Assembly: GCA_038065275.1 (NCBI GenBank)
Contig: JBBTRH010000005.1
Coordinates: 103,195-167,194, forward strand
Length of the DNA: 64,000 nt
Source: Patescibacteria group bacterium
Lineage (GTDB): Bacteria > Patescibacteriota > Patescibacteriia > SBBC01 > CAIJZX01
Direction of reading: 5' to 3'
Position numbers and translations under genes: made by a program. The notes beneath the pieces are model-generated. The model was not told where the DNA came from. It saw nothing but the letters and a program-made list of their open reading frames with translations, and made no database searches. This document shows positions 54,848 through 64,000 of the stretch, in pieces (position 1 is the stretch's first letter; every line of letters begins with the position of its first letter).

Positions 54848-57800
54848 TTACTGCCCCCGGAAATTCAGGGCCGGATTAGTCGTATCGTTGAACGGCCGAC
54901 AGCCGATAGCGGCGTCAACTTTGCCGTTGCAGGAGCCGGCGTTCGTTTCCAGCGACTGGCGCAGGTAGTAGTACGGCCGACAACCGGGCAGGCCGAGGCT
55001 GGGCTGGGTGTCGCCGCCGATGCAGAAGTGAACGCCGTCGGCGTCTTGGCAATCCAGGTCGTTCTGGCAATTCTGGCCGGCGCGTTCGCCGTCGGCGCAT
55101 TGCGTCCGCCGACAGGCGCCGTCGACGTAGTCCGGACTGCCGCCTTGCGACAAGGATAGCGGGCATTCCGAGCGGCAACCGGCCGGGTCGGTCGGGTCGC
55201 GGTATTCGGTACACCCGTTCTGTTCGGCCGGACAACTGCCGGCCAGATAGACGCAACTGTTCCGATTGACATCGGTCGGATTGTAACAATCACTGTCGTT
55301 ACTGCATGCTCCGACGGCGTACCGACCGTCGACGGGCGAGTAGATTTGACCGATCCGCGAGGCGTCTCCGGCGCAGACCCCGCCACCCGGACATTCATCA
55401 GCCGCCGCCGGCAACATCGTACAGGCTCGGCCGTCTCGGTCGCCCCCCACGCAACGCGGACTGCACGACGGCCCGACCGGTCGCCCCACCAACGGCGGGG
55501 TGACGATCGGGCAGGGTTGGCTGGTGCCGGTGATGTACCATTGGCCGTTGCCGTCGCCGCCGGTGCGGTAATCGCAGACTCGCTGTCCGGGGTCTTTGAA
55601 GTAGGCGGCCGTGCCGTCGGCGGTGGTGTAGACCTGGCAGGAGAGTTCATTGTTTTCGCACAAGTCCCGGCTATGGCGATCGGGATCGTTGATCAGGTAC
55701 TGCGACAGATAGCTGATGAGCTTCTGGTCCGGTCCGTAAGTCGGGCGGCCGACCGCTTCGCAACCTTTAGCCGCCGCCGGACAATAGACCGCCGGGTTGT
55801 TGACCAGGGTGTAGATGGTGTCGGCCGGCGTGGTGACGCCCTTGACCGTCTGGGCGAACGGGCTGGCGCTGTTGCGGGTGTCAATCAGCGCTTCACAGCC
55901 GACCACCTGTTCCGAGCAGAGACGGGTGAACGAGGTTAGGTAGTTGGTCGTCCCGCGGCGATCGCGGTAAGCCGCGCAACCGACTTCGGCGTCGGAGCAT
56001 TGCGGCAAAGTGGAACTGATTAGGTAGACATGGTCGTTAACCTCGGTCAGCGCCACGTTGTCGACGTAGGCTGAGCCGCCAGCCAAGAGCAAAGCCAGCT
56101 GAGCGTCCGACCGGTCTTGATTAACCAATATCGGACCGAGGGTATAGCTCCGCCATTCCGGCCCCTTGGGGGTGATGTTATCGTTCCAGGTGGCGGCCGC
56201 GGTACCCGGGAAAGTAGTTTCGTTGGCTAAACCGGCGTTAAAGGGCTGGAAAGTATTGCCGTTCAACCGGCCGAAGGCGGCGGTGATCGTGGCTGGTGTC
56301 GAGCTCGCCGCCGCCGCCGTGAAGGTCAGCAGGTAGGTGCGGCCGGCGTAGATTTGGTTGGCCAGGGCCGCGTTTTTGGTCACAGCCGCCGATGACGGAC
56401 CGGCGGCGTCGATCAGCATCGAGTGGCCGTTGAGGTTGACCGACGCGTTCGAAGCCGTGCCGCCGTTCCAATTAGCGGTGCCGTTGTTTTCAAAATTGTC
56501 GCTGAATACTTGGCGGGTGGTGCCGCTGGCGTTGCCGGTGTAGGCCCGACAACCGGCCGCGGCGGCGCCGCAAGTCAGGTTTTCCTTGGTCGACAGGTAG
56601 TAGATATCATTCTGATGGGCTGGATCAGACTGGTCGATGGTATTGCGGTAGGGGTGACAATCTTCGGTAATGGAAACTGTTTTGGCTCGCAGGCGGTAAT
56701 AAATATTCAGCGCTGAGTCATAGTACTGCGAGCAGTCGGCGTTCTTGGCCAGGTCGCCGGCCGCGCTACAGTTGACTTGGGCGGCGCTTACCGTCGCGTC
56801 CGTATCGTTGCAGACCGGATTGTCGGTCACCGTGCCAATCTTCAACGACGTGCATGGTGCGCCGTCGGGGCGATTCGACTTGACCAGGTCATATGAACGC
56901 AGAACGTAGCCGAGTTTCGCGTCGCCGACCCAGGTATAATACGTGGCCGATTCGACCGGCGACTTGATTTGGGCGGGTTTCAGGCATTGCTTGACCGACT
57001 TGAAGTACTCCTTTCCTTCCCCGCCTTTTGCCACTTCATCGAGGTTGGTGTACTCTTCGCACCCGACGTCGGCGGCCGAGCAGATTTGACCCTGCGGGAT
57101 AACGACATTGACTGCTCCGCCGGAGCGGGGCGGCACGCCGGTAATCGGTTCGAGCTGGTAGGTCGCGCAGCCGACTTTATCGGCGCTGCAGCGGTTGCTG
57201 TTGCGCACCTGGCCGTTGATGTCGCTCCCGCCGGCCAGCGGCGTGTAGGTTTGGCAACCGACGTCGGCGACCGCGCATTGCTGGCGCTGGCCGTTGAGGT
57301 AGACGGCGTTGATCGTGCCGTAGTCGCGGTACGGCGACGGACCGGCCGACTCTTCAAGTTGGGCGCTGTCGATGATAAGTTCCTTGTCGGCGCAGTCGTT
57401 CAGCCGAATGGCCGCTTTCAGGTCGAGGGTCGGCGACGTGAACGTTATTTGATCCGTCCCGGGGATACTCAACGTCACGTCGTACGTATCCCACTCGGTC
57501 GTGACGGCTATGTTCGGCTGGTCGTTGCCCGGTACGCGCGGCCGATCACCCTGGGTAGTATCCGGTTCAAGCATCAGGGTCGCCGCGCAGGCGGTCTGGG
57601 CCTTGGCGCGAACCGACAGCGTGAATGAGCGTTCATACAGGTCGTAACCGGTATAGACGACCTGGGTTAAGGTAGCGGACGGAGTGTCGGACAGAGCGCC
57701 GGCCAGACTAACCGCGGCCGTGTTATTGGCCGTAAAGGCCGAGTCGCTGGCCGTGACCGGGAGAGCGCCGAGCGTCAGACTTTTGGCCCAACCGGCGTAG

Positions 57801-60532
57801 TTGGCGGAGAAGCCGCTGTCGAGCGGCTGATCGAAAGTTTCAAATCCGCTGTTGGCCAGGAGGTTCGTGCCGTCGGCGGTGCGCAAGAACTGGCGACAGC
57901 CGGCTTGCGATGACTGGCACTGTTGGACCTGGCCGGTGAAGTTGATAGTGTCGGGGTCGGAGCCGGGGCAGGTCTGGGTGATCGGGTCGTAACTCGTCGT
58001 GCTACAGTATTGCGTACAGCCGGCGTTATCGGCGTTGCAATTCCGGCTATCGAGCGTATTCGCCAGATAGGCTACCTGTTGGCCGACCGGATCGATGTAA
58101 GCGGTGCAACTGCTGTTCTCGGCCGAACACTGCGTGCCGTCGAACTTAAACTGCTGGCGCTCCTGGACGCAGTAGCCGAACGCTTGGCAACTGCCGTCTT
58201 CATTTTCGGCGATGCAGGACTGCGCGTCGGCGCAGGTGTCGCTGTTCCGCTCGATCACCCAGCGTCCGACGTCGGGGCGGGGGTTATTAGTAGTCGAGGC
58301 GACGCAATTCGGGGCTCCAGTATCCTGGCAGTCGCTGTTCGGCCCGCACGTTACGCCGGCCGGGATGACGTTGCCGGTCGTGGCGTCGACGTTGTTCTGG
58401 TCGCAGACGAATTCCTTGGCGATGATTTCTTCGCCGGCGCCTTGGCGGCGGCAGTACGTCTGCGGCGCCTTCAGGACCCAGTTCGGGTCGACCAGGCCGC
58501 AATACGGACTGGCGCCGCAAGTGATGGTGGCGTTATTTTCATCAACACCGCAGTCGTTGTCCTGCTGGCAAGATTGGTCGGCTTTAGTACCACGGGTGCA
58601 AACCGCATTTGTCTTGACGCGTGACGACACGACGCACGTATTCGTCGGATCAACATCGGTCGGGCACTGAGTATTCGTAGTGCAGTCGTTCCCGCCGACC
58701 GTACAGGTTTTTTTCACTTCCTCCTGACCGCACATGTTGTACCGGCTGGTCAAGTAACCGAGGCTGAGATCGCGGTGGTCGAAGAGCTGGCTGTACTTGG
58801 CCGCCAGTTCCCACCCGACCGGCGTGACCCGGAACTTGCGCAGATACTGCAGGGCCCGGAACGGATAGCCGTCGCGCGGCTCGACGCCGTTCTTGTCGAA
58901 CCCGAACGTCTTTTGCGGATCCAACAAACGCTGATCGAGCGCTTCTTTAACCGTCATCGTCCCCTCGATCGCCTGCCGGAACTGGGCGTCGATCAATCCG
59001 TTGCTGGACAATTGGTCGGTAATGCTGATTTCGTTCCGGCCGGGATCGCCGGTGGTAATCTGCGCTTGGCCGAGCTTGGCGTACAGGAGCTGGGCCCCGG
59101 CCGTTCCGGTCGGGCCGCCCGATCCGAAGACCAGCTGGCCGATGGTTGACCGGGCGTTCGACGGCCCCTTGCATAAATCCGGGTTCAGCCCGCACTTGCT
59201 CTTGAAATAATTGGCCAGCGCCTTGCCGACCGGACTGTTGAGAAACGAGGCGATGCCCTTAAGGACGTCGGCCACCGATGTTCCGGTATAAGTAAACTGG
59301 CCGCTCTGGCCGATGAAGGGGATGCCGAGCAAAGTGGAAGCGGTCGACGATGGCGATTTTACTTCTTCGCTGACCTTGGTCGTGACCGGCAGGACGTTCG
59401 GGTTGAGGTTCGTTTGTTCGCCGGTGACGACTTCCTGGATCTTCGCCGTCATTGCTCCGGCGGCGGTCAGAAACTGGCCGAGATCGCTCTTGTCGAGGGA
59501 TAAAGCGTTGGCTAACGCCGCCGGCGCCTTCCGCGGATCGGCGTTTTGGACGGCGCTGAAGATGTCGGTGGCGGTGAACCCGCTGATGGCGTTGGTGGCC
59601 GCGGTACCCTGCGCCTGGCAGGATTGATAACACTGGTTCGTCTCGGCTTGGGCGGCGGCTCCTTCATTATAAAAGGCCTCCTCTTGGCGTGTGTCACAGT
59701 CATCTAGTGTCATCGAGCCCTCAGTATATGAAGCCTCGGGATCGATAATCCAGGTCGTAGCGGTGCCGTTCGTCCGGCCTTCAGTCACGCCGCGGCAGAC
59801 GAAGTCCGTCGCTGTTTTAGCTTCCTTGGTTAGAAGCTGTAGGGTTCCGCCGGGTCCCAGCATGAAAAATTTCAGTTTCAAAATTTTCGCCTCATGGTCA
59901 TTGCGGGTCATGTTCATGAGCATTTCCGGTAAGTCGGTTTCTTTTACTTTTGTCCAATCTATTGAATCGATCGCGGCGGTCGATATGCTGAAGTTGTTAT
60001 CGCAATCCTGTTTGCACTGGGTCGTCAATCCGCCGACGACTTGCCCGGCTTGAGCGCGCAGGAGTCGTGTAATCAAAAATTTTCCGCGGGCGCCGCTGAA
60101 GGACGTGCCCGGCCCGGTTTCGCCGGTCGCGCCGCGCGAGAAGTCGTCGATAAAGTCGCCGGCCGCGGCGTTGGAGACGTTCTTGAAAAACTTCTTGGGG
60201 TTGGTCAGGAACAGCGGTTTCTGGCCCGGTCCGACGGTGGCCAGCTGGGTTTGAACTTCCCTAAGCAGTCGCGCTTGAAAAATTTCCAATGAGCTCTTGA
60301 AAGCGATATCGCCGACGGTTTTATATTTGCTAGCAACTTTTTTTACAACATCATCAATTTTTTTGGCAACCTTCGCAGGAATGTCGACGATAATTTGAAC
60401 TAGTGTAGGTGGGACAACCTGAACGGCAAATTGTGCTTTAGCCGACTGCGGGAAAACCGCCAACAGCGCCACCGACAGTAGCGTCAGAGTGGCAAGGGCT
60501 AACCGATATCGTCTCGAGGACGGTCGGGACAT
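54848..60532 (-). CDS. Giant secreted Cys-rich protein (~1890 aa)
   Basis: Signal peptide after ATG 60532; repeated C..(A/E)VGC..Y modules; NSGFE and DNFE CBM-like domains. Confidence 0.8.
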   Translation of the reverse strand: MSRPSSRRYRLALATLTLLSVALLAVFPQSAKAQFAVQVVPPTLVQIIVDIPAKVAKKIDDVVKKVASKYKTVGDIAFKSSLEIFQARLLREVQTQLATVGPGQKPLFLTNPKKFFKNVSNAAAGDFIDDFSRGATGETGPGTSFSGARGKFLITRLLRAQAGQVVGGLTTQCKQDCDNNFSISTAAIDSIDWTKVKETDLPEMLMNMTRNDHEAKILKLKFFMLGPGGTLQLLTKEAKTATDFVCRGVTEGRTNGTATTWIIDPEASYTEGSMTLDDCDTRQEEAFYNEGAAAQAETNQCYQSCQAQGTAATNAISGFTATDIFSAVQNADPRKAPAALANALSLDKSDLGQFLTAAGAMTAKIQEVVTGEQTNLNPNVLPVTTKVSEEVKSPSSTASTLLGIPFIGQSGQFTYTGTSVADVLKGIASFLNSPVGKALANYFKSKCGLNPDLCKGPSNARSTIGQLVFGSGGPTGTAGAQLLYAKLGQAQITTGDPGRNEISITDQLSSNGLIDAQFRQAIEGTMTVKEALDQRLLDPQKTFGFDKNGVEPRDGYPFRALQYLRKFRVTPVGWELAAKYSQLFDHRDLSLGYLTSRYNMCGQEEVKKTCTVGGNDCTTNTQCPTDVDPTNTCVVSSRVKTNAVCTRGTKADQSCQQDNDCGVDENNATITCGASPYCGLVDPNWVLKAPQTYCRRQGAGEEIIAKEFVCDQNNVDATTGNVIPAGVTCGPNSDCQDTGAPNCVASTTNNPRPDVGRWVIERNSDTCADAQSCIAENEDGSCQAFGYCVQERQQFKFDGTQCSAENSSCTAYIDPVGQQVAYLANTLDSRNCNADNAGCTQYCSTTSYDPITQTCPGSDPDTINFTGQVQQCQSSQAGCRQFLRTADGTNLLANSGFETFDQPLDSGFSANYAGWAKSLTLGALPVTASDSAFTANNTAAVSLAGALSDTPSATLTQVVYTGYDLYERSFTLSVRAKAQTACAATLMLEPDTTQGDRPRVPGNDQPNIAVTTEWDTYDVTLSIPGTDQITFTSPTLDLKAAIRLNDCADKELIIDSAQLEESAGPSPYRDYGTINAVYLNGQRQQCAVADVGCQTYTPLAGGSDINGQVRNSNRCSADKVGCATYQLEPITGVPPRSGGAVNVVIPQGQICSAADVGCEEYTNLDEVAKGGEGKEYFKSVKQCLKPAQIKSPVESATYYTWVGDAKLGYVLRSYDLVKSNRPDGAPCTSLKIGTVTDNPVCNDTDATVSAAQVNCSAAGDLAKNADCSQYYDSALNIYYRLRAKTVSITEDCHPYRNTIDQSDPAHQNDIYYLSTKENLTCGAAAAGCRAYTGNASGTTRQVFSDNFENNGTANWNGGTASNASVNLNGHSMLIDAAGPSSAAVTKNAALANQIYAGRTYLLTFTAAAASSTPATITAAFGRLNGNTFQPFNAGLANETTFPGTAAATWNDNITPKGPEWRSYTLGPILVNQDRSDAQLALLLAGGSAYVDNVALTEVNDHVYLISSTLPQCSDAEVGCAAYRDRRGTTNYLTSFTRLCSEQVVGCEALIDTRNSASPFAQTVKGVTTPADTIYTLVNNPAVYCPAAAKGCEAVGRPTYGPDQKLISYLSQYLINDPDRHSRDLCENNELSCQVYTTADGTAAYFKDPGQRVCDYRTGGDGNGQWYITGTSQPCPIVTPPLVGRPVGPSCSPRCVGGDRDGRACTMLPAAADECPGGGVCAGDASRIGQIYSPVDGRYAVGACSNDSDCYNPTDVNRNSCVYLAGSCPAEQNGCTEYRDPTDPAGCRSECPLSLSQGGSPDYVDGACRRTQCADGERAGQNCQNDLDCQDADGVHFCIGGDTQPSLGLPGCRPYYYLRQSLETNAGSCNGKVDAAIGCRPFNDTTNPALNFRGQ

Positions 60533-60536
60533 GGAA

Positions 60537-61361
60537 TTACTGGCTGGTTTTGATTGCTTCTTGAAAAATTTGTCGGAGAGTGGCGTCATCGACCGCGTTG
60601 AGGGTGGCCTGGTCGAGGCCGTTCTGAACAAGGAGCTGGCGGATTTCGGCCGGCGTCAACTGTTGAAGCTGGGACAGCGCCGGCGGCGTGGACGCGTTGG
60701 TATTGGCGATTGATGGGACGGCGGTATTGGCGTTTTCGGCGGAACCGTTGGTGTTAGCGGTTGCATTAGTATTAGTCGCCGGCTGGCTCTTGACCACCTG
60801 CCGGTAGATGCCGAGCAGGCTGGCGTCATCCGTTTGATCGAGCGTCGACTGCGACACTCCGGCCGAAGCCAGGGCGCGGCGGAGGAATTCGGGGGTCAGC
60901 TGGCCCTGGGCGTCGACCGGCGAGGTCAAGAGGCGGAATCCTTCACAGACCTTCCCCTGCGGACAGTTCGGGTCGGTGCCTTTGTCGATTTCCGCTTGGT
61001 CCGACGCGCCGTCGCCGTCGGAGTCCTTCAGGTAGGGGCTGGTGCGGGTTTTGTACAGCTCGTCGTAGTCGGAGATGCCGTCGCCGTCGGTGTCTTTCTG
61101 TTTCAACTTCTCCAGTTCAGCCACGGCGGCGACGGCGACCGCGTTCGCATTGGCCGTCGGCTGGGGCCTTGCCGTAGTGGCGACGATGCCGCGGTAGATG
61201 AGCCAGCCGCTCGCCCCCAGCGCCAGTAATCCGATGATGACAATCGACCGGTAGGCGCGCGGCGTATCAAGCGCTCCGACCGGCGTCGAACCGGACGTAA
61301 CTCCAACCAGACCGTCGGAAACTCGTCGGCCCAGGTTTTTCAACCATGCTGGGGTGAGCAT
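60537..61361 (-). CDS. Membrane-anchored protein with DxDxDG (thrombospondin type 3-like) Ca-binding repeats
   Basis: DTDGDGISDYDE, DSDGDGASD.AE...TDPNCP. Confidence 0.8.
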   Translation of the reverse strand: MLTPAWLKNLGRRVSDGLVGVTSGSTPVGALDTPRAYRSIVIIGLLALGASGWLIYRGIVATTARPQPTANANAVAVAAVAELEKLKQKDTDGDGISDYDELYKTRTSPYLKDSDGDGASDQAEIDKGTDPNCPQGKVCEGFRLLTSPVDAQGQLTPEFLRRALASAGVSQSTLDQTDDASLLGIYRQVVKSQPATNTNATANTNGSAENANTAVPSIANTNASTPPALSQLQQLTPAEIRQLLVQNGLDQATLNAVDDATLRQIFQEAIKTSQ

Positions 61362-61478
61362 TATTTTACTTTATGTATGTGAGAGAAAAAACTTGCTCGA
61401 GCCGACTCGAGCCGAGGCGACGTTATCCAGAAAAATGCGGATCTATCCACAAGGGAAAGGGGCGAAAAAACTGTCTTT

Positions 61479-61507
61479 ACTATAGCACAGAAGACCCCTA
61501 TCGTCAA
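61479..61507 (-). promoter_or_regulatory. Sigma70-type promoter of the giant surface-protein operon
   Basis: TTGACG-17 nt-TATAGT, preceded by TGTGC. Confidence 0.7.
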
Positions 61508-62319
61508 CTGAACTTTTTCGCCATACTCAGCCAATTTTCGAGGCTAAGCTCTTGCGGCCGGACCGTGGCCGGCAGGCCGATGGACGCGAGGTGTTGAATG
61601 ACTACTTCCGATTCAAGACGGCGAGTGGCGGCGATGGTATTGTGCAGTTGTTTACGACGCGAGGAAAAACCGGCGCGCATTAGGCGGAACAGCGCGCGAT
61701 CGAAGTCCGGGTTAACTGGCCGGAGGTCGTGGCCGTGTACCACCGACGAAGTGACCTTGGGAGCGGGGAAAAAACTTGACGGCGGAACGTCGAACAGGCA
61801 GGTCGGGCGGCAGTAGTGCTGTACCGTCAACGCCAGCAAGCTCATCGCGCCCGGCCGAGCGGTGATTCGTTTGGCGACGTCGCGCTGGATCATGACGGTC
61901 ATTGACGATGGCCGCGGGGAGAGGGTTAAAAAATTTCGAAAAACCAGTGACGTGGCGCTGTAAGGTAAATTCGCGACCAAGGCGTACTCACCCTCTTTAA
62001 ACAATTCGCTCAGGTTAACTTTGAAAATATCATTATTGATTAACCGTAATCGGGTTTGCCCCTTGAAGGCCTGTTTCATGTAAGCATACAGTCGCGTATC
62101 CAATTCAACGGCAATCACCTTCGCCCCGTGATGCAATAATGCTCGAGTTAGAATTCCCAACCCTGGGCCGATTTCCAAAACCGGCTGTCCGTCCTTGATC
62201 CCAGCGGCATCAACCATCGATTCCGCGATCCTCTCTTCAAGCAAAAAATTTTGTCCGGCGGCCTGTTGCGGACGGAGGCCGATGGTGCGGAGTATGCGTC
62301 GAGCTTCGATCGGGGTCAT
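61504..62319 (-). CDS. rsmA: 16S rRNA adenine dimethyltransferase RsmA/KsgA
   Basis: GQNFL, LEIGPG.G.LT, AVELD, ANLPY, F.PAPKV.S, F..RRK.L, RPQELS. Confidence 0.95.
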   Translation of the reverse strand: MTPIEARRILRTIGLRPQQAAGQNFLLEERIAESMVDAAGIKDGQPVLEIGPGLGILTRALLHHGAKVIAVELDTRLYAYMKQAFKGQTRLRLINNDIFKVNLSELFKEGEYALVANLPYSATSLVFRNFLTLSPRPSSMTVMIQRDVAKRITARPGAMSLLALTVQHYCRPTCLFDVPPSSFFPAPKVTSSVVHGHDLRPVNPDFDRALFRLMRAGFSSRRKQLHNTIAATRRLESEVVIQHLASIGLPATVRPQELSLENWLSMAKKFS

Positions 62320-62349
62320 CCCATTAGAATGTTCTAGCTTCTAACGGGG
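62320..62349. mobile_element. Miniature CCCCGTTAGA-TIR element copy 6 (30 bp)
   Basis: CCCATTAGAA...TTCTAACGGGG exactly between the MFS TGA and the rsmA ATG. Confidence 0.7.
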
Positions 62350-63519
62350 TCATCGGACCAGGAACAGAAAGTACAGGAGCGAGACTGCGGCGGCGGCGGT
62401 GAAGGCGGCGGTAAACGGCGGGACGAAAGCGGCCAGGACGATGACCGCGGCGGCGATCAACGTCTTGCCGAGCGCGAACCCTTGCTCGTACAGCACCGAC
62501 CGTTCAATGACCTTGTGCTCCCGTAATGCTTTGCTGTAACTGGCGGTCGTCAAGCTGACGTAGGTGGTGTTTTTCGCGATCCGGCCGATAGTATCGCTGG
62601 TGAAGACCGCGCCGACGGTGTTCAGGAACGGTCGGATCAGCCAGACTGCGACCGTCACCAGCGCCCCCCAACGGAGCGTCCGGACCGGCTGGTTGCGGTC
62701 AATCAGGCGGCCGATGTACAGCGTCACCAGCGCCGTCAGGAACGCCGCCGCGGCCAGCGCCCCGCCCATCCGCTCGTAAGTCGTGAAGGTCAGCGCGATG
62801 AACACCGGCCAGACGACGAGCATTATCAACTCCTCGCCCAGGGACAAGTAGGCCAGCGTACTGCGGAGGTGGAACCTGGTGAACGGTTGGATGAGCATCC
62901 GGCCGTAACTCATCAGCGTCCCGTGGTAAGTTGTCGGCGCGATGAACAGCGGCAGGTTGGACAGCACAATCAGCGCCATCACCAGGATGAACAGCACGTT
63001 GAAACCGGACTGCTGGATGATCAAGCCGCCGAGCGCCGGACCGATGATGTACACCATAGTCGACAGCGACCACAGTCCGGAGAACTCTTTGCCCCGCTCA
63101 TCCGGATCGGAGTTGAGGATGAAGTCGGTGTGATAGGCCGGCCAGTAGAGCGTCTTCTGGAGCGAGAAAAAGATCGGCGCGATCCAGAAGAACGCTCCCG
63201 CCCGGGCGACCAGGAGCAAGCTGAGGTAGTAGCCGATGAGCATGATCGAGCTGGCGGCCATGCTCCGGGCCGGACCGACCCGGGCCACGACTTGGCCGCC
63301 TAAGGGGACCAGGAAGTAGTACAACCCGTAGACGACGACGTAGTAGAGCAGGATATGCTGGATGGTGTACCCCAGCCGGTAGAGATAAACCGGCTCGAAC
63401 AGCACGACCATGGCCAAAGCGAAATCCAGCACCGTCACGGCGATATACAATCCGCCCAGCCGGCGGTTGATCCGCCGGTGAAAGTAGGAAGGGAAATGGT
63501 GGGCGGCGAGGTTAAACAT
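62350..63519 (-). CDS. MFS transporter
   Basis: About 12 hydrophobic segments, ERGKEFS, IGPALGG. Confidence 0.85.
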   Translation of the reverse strand: MFNLAAHHFPSYFHRRINRRLGGLYIAVTVLDFALAMVVLFEPVYLYRLGYTIQHILLYYVVVYGLYYFLVPLGGQVVARVGPARSMAASSIMLIGYYLSLLLVARAGAFFWIAPIFFSLQKTLYWPAYHTDFILNSDPDERGKEFSGLWSLSTMVYIIGPALGGLIIQQSGFNVLFILVMALIVLSNLPLFIAPTTYHGTLMSYGRMLIQPFTRFHLRSTLAYLSLGEELIMLVVWPVFIALTFTTYERMGGALAAAAFLTALVTLYIGRLIDRNQPVRTLRWGALVTVAVWLIRPFLNTVGAVFTSDTIGRIAKNTTYVSLTTASYSKALREHKVIERSVLYEQGFALGKTLIAAAVIVLAAFVPPFTAAFTAAAAVSLLYFLFLVR

Positions 63520-64000
63520 GGACTGCGCCTAAGCGGTGGGTGATGATGCGGCGGCGTTGATATTCGATGACGGTCGACGGTTTCTGTTGATTTCCGCACC
63601 GACCAGGCATGATCAGTATACCAGGAAAATCACGTTTGACCTTGTGCCTAGATTTCGTCGGGGGTTGACTGGAGATATTGGCGCTGGTCGCCGTTAACGG
63701 CACACCCGCGTTTTTCGCCAACCGCCGCGCTCCCGCGTGCGCCGGCACCCGGACGCCGACTTTCGCTTGCCCCCTCCTTCGCGGAAGGAGGGGCGAAGGG
63801 GTGGTTAAACCAAGTAGTGCAGAAACCGCGATTTGCCTTTTAGGTTTCAGCAACATCGTCAACGCCCCAGGCCAATACTTCTTCGCCAACCGTAATTCCT
63901 CCGCCGACAGATAAAAAAACTTCCGCACTTGGCGTAAATCTGCCGCGATCAGCGCGATTGGATTTCCGCGCGCACGATGTTTCACGAGGAACAGTTGGCG
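63512..64000 (-). CDS. tsaC: L-threonylcarbamoyladenylate synthase (Sua5/TsaC), 5'-truncated by the window end
   Basis: K.R...NPI, WPGALT, VGVRVP, PLTATSANIS, PSTVI. Confidence 0.85.
   Translation of the reverse strand, partial: RQLFLVKHRARGNPIALIAADLRQVRKFFYLSAEELRLAKKYWPGALTMLLKPKRQIAVSALLGLTTPSPLLPRRRGQAKVGVRVPAHAGARRLAKNAGVPLTATSANISSQPPTKSRHKVKRDFPGILIMPGRCGNQQKPSTVIEYQRRRIITHRLGAVHV

Noticed and set aside
28398-61361. Diversity-generating retroelement or shufflon acting on surface proteins
   Set aside because: No reverse transcriptase, recombinase, TR/VR pair or inverted cassettes were seen in the window.

Overview
The gene content and compact ATGA-coupled layout suggest a chromosomal region of a Patescibacteria/CPR-like bacterium (inference). 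TGA is read as stop. From left to right the window holds: a truncated DUF559 endonuclease; a type IV pilus operon (pilM/N/O-like, pilB, a receiver protein, a degenerate pilT, pilC); four secreted Cys-rich proteins; lemA-htpX; clpC; two GIY-YIG nucleases, each flanked by inverted repeats; comF; tRNA-Ser(GCT), tRNA-Ser(TGA) and tRNA-Arg(GCG); recG; a ~33-kb minus-strand block of T4SS-like genes (VirB2-type pilins, VirB4, PrgI, VirB6-like) with giant Cys-rich surface proteins; rsmA; an MFS transporter; and a partial Sua5/TsaC. Four observations stand out. (1) The tRNA-Ser loci are nested like Russian dolls: intact tRNAs sit inside older tRNA copies interrupted by hairpins, and the GCT set lies inside an IR element carrying a GIY-YIG gene. 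(2) Six elements bounded by CCCCGTTAGA...TCTAACGGGG are present, five directly abutting a start codon, and one retains a GIY-YIG remnant. (3) Shared palindrome families are inserted both in tRNAs and in-frame in proteins. (4) The surface proteins show gene-in-gene and domain-in-domain insertions. All calls were made by eye, with no searches or folding runs.
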